DNA of 58,574 bases, the filler included, from Sphacelaria rigidula (taxonomy: Eukaryota): NCBI GenBank assembly GCA_964200075.2. It is 10 parts of 10 records of this genome, joined end to end, with 100 filler letters (N's around TTAATTAATTAA, not from the genome) between each part and the next. Parts side by side here need not be neighbours in the genome. Positions count along the whole stretch, not along the records: positions 1 to 5,768 come from CAXNAA020024608.1; positions 5,869 to 11,636 come from CAXNAA020024609.1; positions 11,737 to 17,504 come from CAXNAA020024610.1; 7 more parts are not named here. One strand, given 5' to 3'. Each line of letters starts with the position of its first letter. The first letter of the stretch is position 1. The notes beneath the pieces are model-generated. The model made no database searches. It had not been told where the DNA came from and saw only the letters and a program-made list of their open reading frames with translations. This document shows, piece by piece, positions 1 to 12,260 of this stretch. Both the position numbers and the translations under genes were made by a program.

Positions 1-70
1 AAAGAAAAATTTTGTACATGTTGTGGTGTGGGTGTGTTTACAAAACCAGGGGGGGGTAGTGAGTTTTGGT

Positions 71-105
<35 letters not shown>

Positions 106-2007
106 GGCACGAGCGATGAGGGCGCAGCCCGAGGACTTCAGTTATCGAAATTCATGTGACAGTCCGTGTTGTTTTTGTTTGACGGGACACTGCGAACAAG
201 GGTTGTGAGATACCAAACGGCGAATACCAGTGCTGTCGAAGACAGTGGGTAGACGTCAACGATATACATGCCTCTGTATGCAGTACCGCGCGCAAATGTC
301 ACCACAGGTAAACAATGACGATATCACGTGATCATACGGTGAATAATGACTATGTCGTGCGTAGCGGATGTATTGGGGGCGTTGGTGCTGCAGTTGATAA
401 CTGTCAATACGTGGCAATCTATTGACATTGGTCAGTATGTACTGGTCGCAAAATACCACAGCCCCAACAAATCCGCTTTCGATTTTTTATGGACCCAAGA
501 TAGATGTCACCAACATCCCTGAATTAAAAACTTGACGGTGTTGCGCCAAATATATATTTACATATATATATATATATATATTCGGAACAGAATCTGACCA
601 CTTTTCCCTCTAGTCCGCCCTGCTGCAGTGCACAGCGCCAGATTTAGCGACGGGGAACTGTTGGCTATGGCTCGGATAACATATGACCGAAGTTTCAGCG
701 CCTTGCAGCGGCTACAGCGCGCGTGGGGTCGTGAGTCATGAACTGCGCACCTCTGCAGACCATACGCCGATCGGTACACTACCAATGGTAATGATCCAGA
801 AAGGATCACCGGTGTCAGTTTGCTACCACATCGGCCGCCCAGCCGCTCAAGATGTCAAAATTAGTGGACCTGCGCGTACATATATGCATTCACCTCTACT
901 GCACGAAGTCTGACTGCGTGGTAGCCGCTTCGAGGGCGCATCGACGGCGTTCCATCAAATTGCTGGTGGCCATGTTAGTAATTTGTGCGGAGCCGGATCG
1001 TGCGGGCACTTGGCGCATATATTGCCTGTGTTGTGTCCGACTCGTGCGCAAACTTCCATGAGGGAACACGAAGTCGCAGGCGAGAACTCCACAACGAACG
1101 CTGCTCTAAAAATTAGGAGTTTACCGTAGGAAGGTATCGAGATAAACACGAGATGCGGTTACGCCCTGGTTACGCCGCATATCAGATGCGGTTACGCAGT
1201 ATTACGGTACGGATACTGTAATACAGCATCACAGTACTGTACTGTCAAATGCAGTACAGACAGTACATTGCATCAGCAATTGCATCAGCAATTATATTGC
1301 ACTTTATATCGAGACGAAGTTTTCAAATTTCAAAGCCACCAGCTGCGCCGCTGGACATGCATGCAAACCATCATGCCGTTTTCATTGGTGCTGAATGCAA
1401 TTGAGATGCTTTTTTTTCAGGCAAATTGAACACTCCATACATTACACCCTAGTCGTGTAACGGGCGAGAACGCGAACCGTGGCCGCCAACTAACGGCGTA
1501 CCATGGGACCCGCAAGGCACCCGTACCGAGCAACACCATACACACCACTGAACGGGCGACATAATAACGTTTGCAGCCTGCAACTTGCGCCCACGATCTA
1601 GCCTTAAATATAGCCCATCAGATATGCTGCGAGTTGGGCCGTAGGTCCTTCTCAAGGGGCTCCTCGCTCGTGTGGATGATATCTATCTCCTCTGGGTATG
1701 CTGTAAAGTGATATTTTATACGATGACTCCTGTACGCGAAAATCCGCGTACCTCTGACTTTTTTCTTTTTGGCGCAAGACTGTGAACGATAGGACGGAAA
1801 GGGGACGTCGGTGCGTGCTAGAAGACTTGTGCGGAGATGCATTCGTGTGTCCATCAGTTTAGGACGTGGGCTATCGTGTACACCAGCATTAGAACGCGTG
1901 CAAAATTGCAGAGAGTCTAGACTCCACGAGAATAATATACTACTACATGATCTGGAAATCGAGCGCGTTTGGTTCAGCTTTGGCCGAGCATAAACCATGT
2001 GTACAAA

Positions 2008-2020
2008 CCGGCTGGTGCGC

Positions 2021-2061
<41 letters not shown>

Positions 2062-2115
2062 GAAAGGTGTAGACCGGCGTCCAGAATAGATAGGACGACA
2101 ACACACACAACAAAC
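2008..2115 (+). mobile_element. 3' fragment of tRNA-derived SINE family with internal (AT)n expansion
   Basis: CCGGCTGGTGCGCC-(AT)n-ACCGAAAGGTGTAGACCGGCGTCCAGAATAGA...ACACACAC matches the 3' part of the SINE at 47351-47730 and the minus-strand copy at 53035-53390. Confidence 0.8.
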
Positions 2116-4149
2116 AACTTTGTGGTTTTGACGGCCGAGAAAGCGTGCAGTAGTGCTGACATCCTCTGCGCCGTGCGGTTTTCCGAGCCACGGTAATTGT
2201 CACCTCATTTTCGTTACGGATCAAAAGTCCGGAACAAACACATCAAAAGTTCGGTGGTTTGAGCGATAAATATCGTGCAGGCTATCGATCAGTCTGAATT
2301 ATGAGGGCTAGTGCAACTCTAGTGGTGCGCGTTTGAGCCCCTTCGATCGAGCGTAGTTTGTCAGCTGTTGGTCCAGGCACGGCCACGATGTCCCTAGTAT
2401 AGGTGGGTTCTAACTGTCAGCGACATTTGTGTAGAGGCTACATGTATATCGGTGACTATGTTTACAGAAGGTCCTGCTGCTCAGTCGAGGGAAAAAGTGC
2501 CATCACTGGTGCATTTCTCAATGATGTCGGCATCATCGCTGGCACTGCGGTCCTTCACTAAAGGGTTACATTTGTCGTATTGTTCATCCATATTCATCTA
2601 GATTTCATCATGAAATGACGGAAAATGGGTGAAAAATACAGCCCGTTAATAACGGCTTCAACAATAGTGTTGCCACGTGTGGGAGCGGGGGAGGGTATAG
2701 CGCTTTACCCTTGCTAGAATAGCGTGGGGACACCGACAACACTGATGTCCCCACCATTCACAGGCACCGGGACTCTCACCTCACCTTCGTGCAGCTAGTA
2801 TGATGTATGAATGCCAGGAAATTGTGGAGAAGAAGGTTGGTCAACTTGTCCAGCAATGCAACGGTAACTTAACATCAACAGCGATAGGACGGGGTAAACA
2901 ATATTTCAACACTCCTGTCTGTTTTTTTGTTCAACGTCATTTTTTTTACAAGCATGCCTATTACAAAAAACCCTTCGCGGAGACCAACCAAGTCTAGAAA
3001 AGTGATATGTTGGGACACAGTCTTCATAAAGGTACACAGAACCTCTTCAACCTCCCCCATTATCATTTCCCTCTGCCACTCCCATCTCCAGCTATTACCG
3101 CTCGTACCGAATGATGCCGTCGCGTACATCCTCCGCTGACGCCAACATCCGGAGACGCGCCAAAGTGGAGAGGAGCTCATTGTCGGCGCGATCTCCAAAA
3201 AAACTGGGGATATGCACGACATTCTCCAAGTGGTATCGGATGGCATCCAGTGAGTTCTCCACCATGATGACCTGCAATATCGCCATCAAATGCAAATTAA
3301 CGCACAGCATGACAAGCGTGTTGATCGCAAAATCTGTTAAGACCATTGAACTGAAATAAATATTTGATCCCTTCTGTGACCCAGGATGGGAGAAAAAAAA
3401 AGTGCAGTGGAGGGGACTGCCTTTTCTTCATTCATCCGTTTATTGACCACAGCAAAGCTTTAGAAATGATCTACAATTCAAAATCGTTCGTTTTTTTCTA
3501 TATCCAAGTGTGCAGGCCGAGCCTAATGCTTCATGTAACACTGCGAACTCCTTGAATTTCTGCCATTTGATATTTTACATCACAAAAGTGGATCAGCATT
3601 TTGTCCGCCAGGAATGTCCATCAAGTGGTCTCATTAAACGAATCTGTCCCCTCCCCCCCCCTCCCCGAAATCTCCGATTTTTTTTTTTTGGGGGGGGGGG
3701 GAACCCTTCTCCTGAAATCGTGAAAGCAGAAGAAATATCCAACCATTTCAGGAGACAGGACGAAAATTCTGCCGGCGCCGCCACCGCCACATGTTTCGCT
3801 TTGGACACCGCACGCCTTGCCTCACTGGGAGAGGAATCTCACCCACTTACCCGATCCGCATTGATACGCTCCGAGATCATTTCGGGAATGATCATTCAAC
3901 CTGAATCCAGCTGGGGATACAAAAATATGAAAACGACATGGATGATCATCTTCCCCTGCGAACACCACCCCCACTCACATAGACACGCCTTCGTGTTACG
4001 ACCACGGTTACTGTACCTTCGTGAGTCGTGAGCGGATCCCCTCATGTGATGAGCCTCACAGTTTTTCCAAGGTTGCTTCTGTACGGCATATTAATCATAT
4101 TTTCGTGTGAAAGAGAGTAGAGCGCTGATTGAGAGTAGCTTTGATTATT

Positions 4150-4400
4150 TGCCTTCACTTGGCAATTTTTTCATTCCGTGCGTACTCATATTTGCCTGTA
4201 TCACTGGCGTGTGCTTGCAGCTACACGTCGACATCCTACTCAGGAATACCAAGGCCTTCAGCGGCAAGCTAGAGCAGAAAACATATCGGACCTCGTGGAG
4301 GGGGGCACTTCGGAAAGGAAACGGTTTGTTCACTGATTGAGCGCTTTTCACCCTCAATCGTATCCTCTACTCCCAATCTCACGATTTTCGGAACTGAAAC
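4150..4400 (+). repeat. Dispersed repeat shared with 15135-15335
   Basis: Both copies contain TATCACTG(G/C)CGTGTGCTT(G/A)CAGCTACACGT(C/T)GA(C/T)ATCCTACTCAGG...CAG(C/T)GGCAAGCTA and later TTTCGGAACTGAAACG, on two different contigs. Confidence 0.8.
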
Positions 4401-4624
4401 GGCTGATTCTCTCATTGAGCGCTTTTCACTCCCACTCGTATCCTCTACTCTCAATCTCACGAAAACATTGTTTCATACCCGGAAGTGGGCAATTGTCGGT
4501 TGGCGTACTGTAACACTAAACCCTAACGAAATGTGTGCCGAAAAAATCGGTATGGTCCGGCAGGGTTTAGAGCCCTGTTCCGAACAATCCTCTCTATGAT
4601 TTGGAAGGGTATCCAACGATGAAA

Positions 4625-4740
4625 CGCCGATATTGATTGATTCGATTTGATGTGATGTGATTGATTGCCGCACTCTAACTGCCCCCCCAGGGATCCAGCC
4701 GTGGTCACGTGATGAACGTATTCAAGACAAAACAAAACTG
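4625..4740 (-). mobile_element. LINE/SINE-like 3' end, family X (GACCACGGCTGGATCC...AGTGCG + (AATC)n-like tail)
   Basis: Minus strand reads ...GTGACCACGGCTGGATCCCTGGGGGGGCAGTTAGAGTGCGGCAATCAATCAC... The same motif occurs at about 5293-5340, 29945-30035, 31170-31262 and 33245-33330. Confidence 0.65.
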
Positions 4741-5340
4741 ATATTGTACTTCTGTAAACACCGTACCCGAATTTCAGCCGGTATATCCTACGGGACACAC
4801 AGCACCCTTGCAATTCTCGGTTGTTCCATGTATTTGTCGCGAGGATGCTCGCGGAACTTCGGAAGCTGTATGGCGAATCGGGTAAGTGGACTCCCATAGT
4901 TTTAGACTTTTTTTTGGTGACGTCGTGCGTCGCGCGTCCGAGACACATGGTGGCGATGTTCCGCCTGGATAAAGCCAAACAAAAAACGGTGTAACATGCG
5001 CCTACTACTGTACAGACCTGCGATATTTTGCAGCAAACAATCCCAGCCCGGACGTACCTCACTGGAAACTCCGTTCTACAAATGTAGGGATAGGGGCTTT
5101 GGGGGTTCAGAGACCTTCCACTCGCCTCGTAAAAGTATCCGCTTTTCACCCGGGGAAGAAAACTGGAGAACCGACACTTTCAAACACCAATACTTCAATA
5201 AAGTGTTGGATTGAATATTTCCTGCACCCGGGCCTTTTAAAAAATCGTACACCTTTTTTTCCTCATCAAATGGTTATCTAAAGCACCTCGAACGTCTCGG
5301 GTCCTTTATCACGTGACCACGGCTGGATCCCTGGGAGATC

Positions 5341-5460
5341 AATTTATTATTATCATTATTATTATTATCATTATTATTATTATCATGATTATTTCCGCAC
5401 ATGAGTCCGATTTCGCGAACCCGTGGTCACAGACGTAAGCTCGCCTTTCCAATACTGGGC
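5341..5460 (-). mobile_element. LINE-like 3' end, family Y (GTGACCACGGGTTCGCGA..ATCGGACT.ATGTGCGGA + (AAT)n tail)
   Basis: The reverse complement matches the plus-strand copy at about 40262-40355. Both end in an (AAT)n tail. Confidence 0.7.
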
Positions 5461-5768
5461 TAGAATATTGAGATCGTACTTCACCATACCAGGATATTGG
5501 GTGGAGTGATGCATGCGATCGCACCTAACCTCGCCCAACATGCGACTCGAGTTTGGAGATCGGATCATCGTGACACCATTTCATCTTGGGCGAGTGAATA
5601 CCCGCGTACTCACTTTACCCAGCACACACATCCTTGCACTACTTTTGCCCCGCCGGTTACATCCCACATTTCATATCGCCGCGCCCCCGTGGGACAGAGA
5701 CATGAGGAAATTGCGATGACAACATAACGTAAAGAACATGCAGAGAAAGAGATTGCCAGCTATAGTTG

Positions 5769-5868
5769 NNNNNNNNNNNNNNNNNNNNNNNNNNNNNNNN
5801 NNNNNNNNNNNNTTAATTAATTAANNNNNNNNNNNNNNNNNNNNNNNNNNNNNNNNNNNNNNNNNNNN
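5769..5868. other. Artificial contig-joining spacer (N44-TTAATTAATTAA-N44), first of nine
   Basis: Identical 100-nt spacers at 5769, 11637, 17505, 23373, 29241, 35108, 40975, 46842 and 52709. TTAATTAATTAA gives stops in all six frames. Intervening contigs are 5768 (x5), 5767 (x4) and 5766 bp, i.e. size-sorted. Confidence 0.98.
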
Positions 5869-7180
5869 ACGCTCATCCATACTGCCTGACACCGTTTGGA
5901 ACCAAAAACAAGCGCAACGCAAGTGTGGAAGGATGTCTGACACACTCATGAGCCTCGTCTTTCGGGCAACCAAATACCCCCCCCCCCCCAATCGTAGGAT
6001 AACTCTTCAGCTATAGTCGGGTGCTGGAATAGGAGAAGACACGCAAGGCGGACGCGTGCACGTTGGGACGAAGAAACTCAGCTAGCACGGAGCTGCTCTA
6101 TCGCAAGCGTTTGATGACAGGAGCCGTCGGCCTTGATGTCACATGTAATAGTTGTTCCCCCCATTTCAGACGGGTCCTCATTTGTTGCCGAGTGCCATGT
6201 TTTGAACGCTTGGCCATGATCGCGCTTCGCGTGGAAAGCGCAATTATGACCCAGCGTTGGTAAACCCCAATCCGGCCAAAATTGAGCTCATCCGAAATCA
6301 GGGGGGGGGCGTACTCATTTGTTGCTTGCCTTAGTCATTTGACCATTGGGGGAGAACTATCACATGGGATACGTCCTATATCTCACTGTGCTGCAGCACA
6401 AACACACTCATGCGCTGTCTCCTGTGCTGTAGCTGTCGCTGCGCTGTGGTGTCTCCAGGCCTTTTCAAAGACGATTTGATCTCCGCTGGGACTGACTGCG
6501 TGAGTTGTTTCGTTACTGGCGTGGCGTTCGTCTCCTCGAAAATGTTGTCGACACGTAGTGCCCTCTAGACACTGTTCCTGTTGACACCTTCATGATGTGT
6601 TGGCTATTTCGCCTCAAGTCAAACGAATAAGGCGCTTTCCAAACCCACCATTTATATGCTGTAGTTGTCGCTGTGCTGTTGTGCATCTAAACACTCTACG
6701 ACGATCACGGTGCGATGGGCGCTCGAGAGTGCCTGAACATTTGAGTGCTGATGCGGTGTTTCGGTAGGCACAGGGTTAGGGTGGCACCTAATTGTTTATC
6801 GCCTTTTGCAGGAATGATACTTGGTTTGGGACTGAACACGGATAATACACTTTATAATACGACCTATTACTGTCTGTTACCTATAGTTTATCTGGATGCT
6901 CCGCAAATATAGAGAAAATACTACAGGAGAAACCCTCACGGCTTTACACCCACCCGCACTCAAGTGCGGACAAAGTCGGTATCAGTTGTATATCTGCGCT
7001 GGACTCAGCAGCGAGAAACGGTGAGCGTGCATCGTTCTGTACTAAACACAGTCTACGGCACGCTACTGGTGTCTCTACTTAGTGTTCCACAGTAACAGCA
7101 CGGTGTGATGCTATGTTGGCAACACAAGAGGGGTCAGGGAGGCGGCAAATAGAGGCCACGAGTAAAAAGTACGTCGTTTG

Positions 7181-7385
7181 CAAGGGCAGGTCGAGTAGAG
7201 TATACTCAATTGCGGGATATTTTGAAAGACGTACTTGGGGTACTCAGGTGAGGGTAGAGTGTTCGGAGTCGTACCCAGAAAATAGCTGGAAATCCATTCC
7301 TGGAATTCTCCCCCCAATTTGTGTACTTTAAGTGCGACTTTCAAAATACCCCGCAATTGAGTATACTCTACTCGACCTACCCTTG
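7181..7385. mobile_element. hAT-type MITE, 205 bp, with perfect 8-bp TSD
   Basis: About 47-bp TIRs: CAAGGGCAGGTCGAGTAGAGTATACTCAATTGCGGG... and ...CCCGCAATTGAGTATACTCTACTCGACCTACCCTTG. Flanked by GTCGTTTG at 7173-7180 and 7386-7393. Confidence 0.92.
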
Positions 7386-7853
7386 GTCGTTTGTGCCCAT
7401 GATTCATTACTTGTGATCAAAATGATTGTCCTGGTCTGCAACAACTTCTGTCCAAACCGGATACACGTCACGTCAATCGCTGCCTGTGTCAAGTTGTGCT
7501 CAAAATACTGCTTATTTGTGCATATGTTGCTGTGCTGACCTCAAAAGAACATCACAACCACACAATCACCCGTTGATTCGCCATGTTCTGGGCTTGTGCT
7601 CTGGTTTTTGCGCGAGCAGCGAGGTGGTTGGTGTGGTGTATGTTGTCGGGAGGACGGTTACACGTTACACGTCACGCCTGTTGGCCAATAGCATCTCCTA
7701 TTAAAAGTCCAAACCGAGCGAAACACAACCATCGGACTTTGGGCTGACTTTGGACTGACTTTGGACTTCGGGGGAATTACGAAGTCCAAGTCCTGACCCG
7801 AATTTGGTCTTCGCAAACACCGTCACTACTGTACTCTCTGTGCTTGCAAAGTA

Positions 7854-7987
7854 CAGCCTGTACTCGGACAGGGCAGGTGAACAGCACGCACATAATTCAC
7901 ATGAACACGGCTACACGCATTGAGAACATGCTCAGCGGGCAGGGTATACTTGTAACCTTGTACTACTGCATGTTCGAGTACAGGCTG
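7854..7987. mobile_element. Tc1/mariner-type MITE, 134 bp
   Basis: TA-CAGCCTGTACTCG(G/A)ACA...TGTTCGAGTACAGGCTG-TA: TIRs begin CAG and have TA on both flanks. Confidence 0.75.
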
Positions 7988-9119
7988 TACTATCCCAATT
8001 TTTGGCCAAGAACGAAACTGTGACCTACCGAAAACGCAAAGGTGCTCTGGAACGGTCTCAGCGAGTAGAACAAGTCATTTCAAGGTGTCAACATCCACTG
8101 AGCCCTCTTTTCGGGGCAAAAACGACGGAGAAGGGTGAAAAAAACACTTTTCAACAAGTTATACTTTCCTATACATAAGAAGTAGGTCAACAAATGAAAA
8201 GGGAAAAATAAAATTGGAAGCGCGATGCAAAGCAGAGCAATCTATATTTCAGTAGTCGTCCCACGGTCCGACCTTCTTCGTTCGTGCACTTTTGGCATCC
8301 GAGTGCTCCTGTATCGTGCTTTGCTGCGGCACGCGCGCAGGGTCACGGTCTCTCCACCCGGCGGTTACTCCGCCGACATGCGAATGGTGCTGGCGTGTGT
8401 TCAGATGTTTTCGTAGATCGGCCTCTATGACCTCTAAAATGACGGGGGTTCCAGTGGTTGGCTAGCGTGCGTCTCGCCTTCGAAGTCCTGCACTCATCGA
8501 CTTGCGACAACCCGATACCGTGTGCTCGGTGGGCGACTGTTAGACGTGGACGATGCGGATCATTTTCGGGTATGCATTGGCGGGGCTTAGTGTGCCGACT
8601 TATTGTCGGCTGTGCATTCTTCTGGTGTCGGTGCAATCCGGCGCCATATTACCACGGCCGTAGGAGGTACCTCTCATGAAGAGTGCCCTGCCCCCTCCCC
8701 GGGCGAGGGGTCCCTCGCCGTAATTGGGAGACTTGCTTTCATTCTAGAGCATAAATTGCCCGCTGTGGTCAAGGTCTCTAATCCAACGGAAAATTATGGT
8801 GATTTTGTCAGTCATCTTGCCCGCAGAAATAATTGCATATCTTCACGGAATCAAACGATCATAGCGAAAAGCATATTCGAGGAAATCAGCGTAGCGGGGG
8901 CCACCCCGTGCTACTTCAGCAGTATCGGGAACACACAACAGGGGGTAATATTGAGGATGGGTCGTGGGATCCTGCATAACAATCGCAGTGATTATAAACT
9001 AAGTGCTAATGCACGCTCCGGTCGCGATATGGCGCTATTTCGTTGAAAAACGGAGCATCATCCGCTATTTCTAAATTCCACTTCCACTCGGAGGTTATGA
9101 ACGTCGGGGTGGAGAATTC

Positions 9120-10467
9120 CAAGGGCATGTCGAGTAGAGTATGTACTTCTGAGTACTCGAGTAAAATACCCGAGTATTTATTCTACTCAAATTTTGACTA
9201 GAGCGACTACGGCCTCAAATACTCTACTCAAATTTTGAGAAGGTTGAGTATGGCCTCAAATACTCTACTCAAAGTTTGAGTAGATTGAGTACGACCTCTA
9301 ATACTCTACTCAGATATTGAGTAAGCACTCTCGGTAATACTTGAGTATAGAGTTTCGCTTGGGTATGACCTCAATACTCTACTCAAAGTTTGAGTAGGTT
9401 GAGTATGGCCTCAATACTCTACTCAAATATTGAGCAAGCACTCTCGGTAATACTTGAGTATAGAGTTTCGCTTGGGTATGACCTCAATCAATACTCTACT
9501 CAAATTTTGAGTAGGTTGAGTATGGCCTCGATGCTCTACTCAAATATTGAGCAAGCATACATAATACTTGAGTGTATCGTATAACTTGGGTATGACCTCA
9601 ATACTCTACTCAAATTTTGAGTAGATCGAGTACCTCCAACACTCTACTCAAATATTGCGTAAACCCTCTCAGTGATACTCGAGTGTAGAGTATCACGTGG
9701 GTATGATACGCGACTTCGTGACGTCACTCCACATACTATGTTGAGTACATAGGCGAACAATGGCCATCAATTACATGAGTGGCGGTACGTCACGGGCTAC
9801 AATTAGCATGAGCGAATGATGGCCAACAAAAGACGAAAAAAGTGTGCAGGTGAATAAACCTACCTGCCCCCACCGATGGCAGTACACGCGTGATATCTCT
9901 CAACCCCTTCGATATCACTTTCTGTACAGAGCGCTACTCACCATCATTGAGTAGTCGAGTAGACGAATTGTCGGGTAAGTATTACTGAAACTGAGCGACT
10001 CTACTGGCCGCACGTGTGACTCGTCCATGGAAGAGTCAGCGGTGGTATATCGGGTCCGGCCTCAGATTCTCTACCTCTACTTTCGGGTAGATTGTGTATG
10101 ACCTCAAATGTTCTGCTCAAATTTGGGGTAGACAGAGTATGACCTCAAACACTCGACTCACGTTTTGAGTAGATTGAATATGAAATACTCTACCTCAATA
10201 TTTGAGTAGTCCGAGTACGACCTCAAATATACTCTACTAAAAATTTGAGTAGATCGAGTACGGCCTCAAATACTCTACTCAAATACTGAGTAAGCGCTGT
10301 CGGTATTTCTTGAATGTAGAGTATCACTTGCGTATGACCTCGATACTCAACTCAATATTTGAGTAGGTTGAGTACGGCCTCAAATACTCTACTCAAGAAT
10401 TGAGTTCTAGGAGTATGACTCTTCGAAAATACTGAGTATCGAGTATACTCTACTCGACCTGCCCTTG
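9120..10467. mobile_element. Non-autonomous hAT-type element (1,348 bp) with internal palindromic repeat arrays; same TIR family as 7181-7385
   Basis: TIRs CAAGGGCATGTCGAGTAGAGTAT and ATACTCTACTCGACCTGCCCTTG. Flanks GAGAATTC and GGGATTTC (6/8 match, degenerate TSD). Interior holds many copies of ATACTCTACTCAAATTTTGAGTAG at about 9170-9700 and 10060-10450. Confidence 0.85.
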
Positions 10468-11078
10468 GGGATTTCCGGTCGGGAAATGAACGGATGTCGA
10501 AATGATTCAGGATTAGAAGAGGTATCTCAAAGTCGAGGTTCCTGGTATGTTTCACAGTAACCGAGAGCCCCGAGTTTGGGATACCTACGGAACGGGGGTT
10601 AACACATTCCTGGCCGCTCTCTTAAAATAGTTGACGACACGCACAACGATCGGGGAGAATGAATTTTCATTTATCCTGAAGAAGACCTCGGTGCCTGAGG
10701 GAGAGGGGAGAACAATGTACTACCCGCGACTCAATTCACCTTTTTCAACTGAAACAAGGATGTTTTGTGTCAAAATTTACCTCAACGGATTGATGGCGAC
10801 AGTAGGAGTGCACAACCATTTTCTGAGGTCATAATTGTTAGGAGCCCTCTATCTGATGCAAAACACTACTTATGAAAAATGTGAGAGTACGCCAGGAGTA
10901 CTACTCCAATGTGCTTAGGATACCCCGAATGAAGTTGCAAACGGGGATGCCCTGATCCTTATTCTTGTGCATTTAGAATCGATAGGAGCTCCTCAACTAA
11001 ACAAATATTTCGCGCAAAAAGTGCACCCCTACCGTAGCACTGCTCAACGACGAAAACCAAATCGTGAAACAAAAACAT

Positions 11079-11145
11079 CGTGTTGGGATTCGAACTGGTC
11101 ACCTCCGTAACTGGAGCCTGCTGTATCAGTTACGCCACCAGGGCG
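11079..11145 (-). pseudogene. tRNA-like sequence (pseudogene or SINE head)
   Basis: Minus strand GCCCTGGTGGCGTAACTGATA...GACCAGTTCGAATCCCAAC has A-box-like and B-box-like motifs at tRNA spacing, but no pairing acceptor stem. Confidence 0.5.
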
Positions 11146-11217
11146 CAGCGGTGTCACACCAAATTTTTCATCGGGGCCCGATGTTAGGATTGTTTAGCCG
11201 AAATTGTCAGTCCTACA

Positions 11218-11281
11218 GTAGTCAGAGTCAGAAGTACGCAGAATCCGTAATTTCTTAGTTTCTCAAAGATTGTCCAAATTT
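11218..11281 (+). repeat. Dispersed repeat terminus shared with 40907-40974
   Basis: TAGTCAG(A/C)GTCAGAAGTA(C/T)GCAG..TCCGTAATTT.TTAGTTTCTCAAAGATTGTCCAAATTT is in both copies, and both run into an assembly gap at the same point. Confidence 0.8.
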
Positions 11282-12260
11282 NNNNNNNNNNAATTTGTTT
11301 TGCTTGCCACCGCTCATCACGGTGACTGTTGGATGCCAAAAAATGGGCATCTGGAGATATGTTGATCATCTTGACAAATAATGAAAGAAAATATATCTGC
11401 CATCAATATTGAGCGACTTACGGGCTTGACCGATCTTCGGGGGTCCTGCAAAAATACCACCCTAGGCTCTAGCTATTCCATGTTTTCGATGGACGGACTC
11501 GATCCGGATTAAATAAGTGAAGACTCAAAAAGGATCGTTTTTTGAAATTCCACCTAGTCACTGCACTAAAGCAGGAAAACTATGTTTCTTGACCATTTTA
11601 CGGTCAATAACACCCTCCTAGTAAACGGGTTCTTTANNNNNNNNNNNNNNNNNNNNNNNNNNNNNNNNNNNNNNNNNNNNTTAATTAATTAANNNNNNNN
11701 NNNNNNNNNNNNNNNNNNNNNNNNNNNNNNNNNNNNGGCGATTCAGCAGGTGACCTACTCTCGCGGTCTCCCGCGGAGTTTGGGGGGGGGAAATGCTTTC
11801 GCTCTGTGTTACTCTTTGGTATCTTTCCTGCAATGGAGAAATGGGACTTCAACGTCATTTTATGTTTCAACGCCAAACATAGGCTCGGCTGTTAAATGAT
11901 GGGGTCCTAGCTCAACAACCGGTTGTCGGGAATTCAGGTAATTCGATCGGACCCCAAAATTGCATACCCTGGACAAAACAACACACGGTCAAAAATCGTA
12001 CTGCGTACAGTATGGAATATTTTGTCTATTGCGAAAGACAACAGATCCCATACTTACGCAGTACATGTTTTGACCGTGTATTCTATTGTCCAGGGGACGC
12101 AAAATTGATTTTTGAGCTAGGACCTCAACATTTCGGTCGTCGCAGTGCGAATTTGTATCTACGGGTTCTCAACCCCAATAAAAAATCCATCCCCGATTTG
12201 TGAAATCCCGTGATTGACGCACTGGGATTTGAACATGAATGCAGGAAACCGATCGAACGC

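Noticed and set aside
2480..3350. Protein-like minus-strand segments (e.g. ORF 3095-3346)
   Set aside because: No recognisable motif, interrupted frames and no consistent splice model. It may be a decayed gene or TE but cannot be called.
4686..5335. MITE with 30-bp TIRs (CCCAGGGATCCAGCCGTGGTCACGTGAT)
   Set aside because: The same motif occurs singly elsewhere with tails beyond it, so two oppositely oriented 3'-end copies explain it better. No TSD.
5813..5824. TTAATTAATTAA as a periodic biological motif or piggyBac site
   Set aside because: It is part of the artificial spacer. ORFs that run into X residues are also artefacts.
7131..7799. Larger element with GGGTCAGG termini hosting the MITE
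   Set aside because: Only about 8 bp of inverted match and no TSD.
9170..10450. CRISPR-like array of palindromic repeats
   Set aside because: Inter-repeat sequences are themselves repeated, and the array is enclosed by transposon TIRs.
11079..11145. Functional tRNA gene (also considered at 47355 and 53390)
   Set aside because: A/B boxes are present but the acceptor stems do not pair. The latter two are SINE heads.
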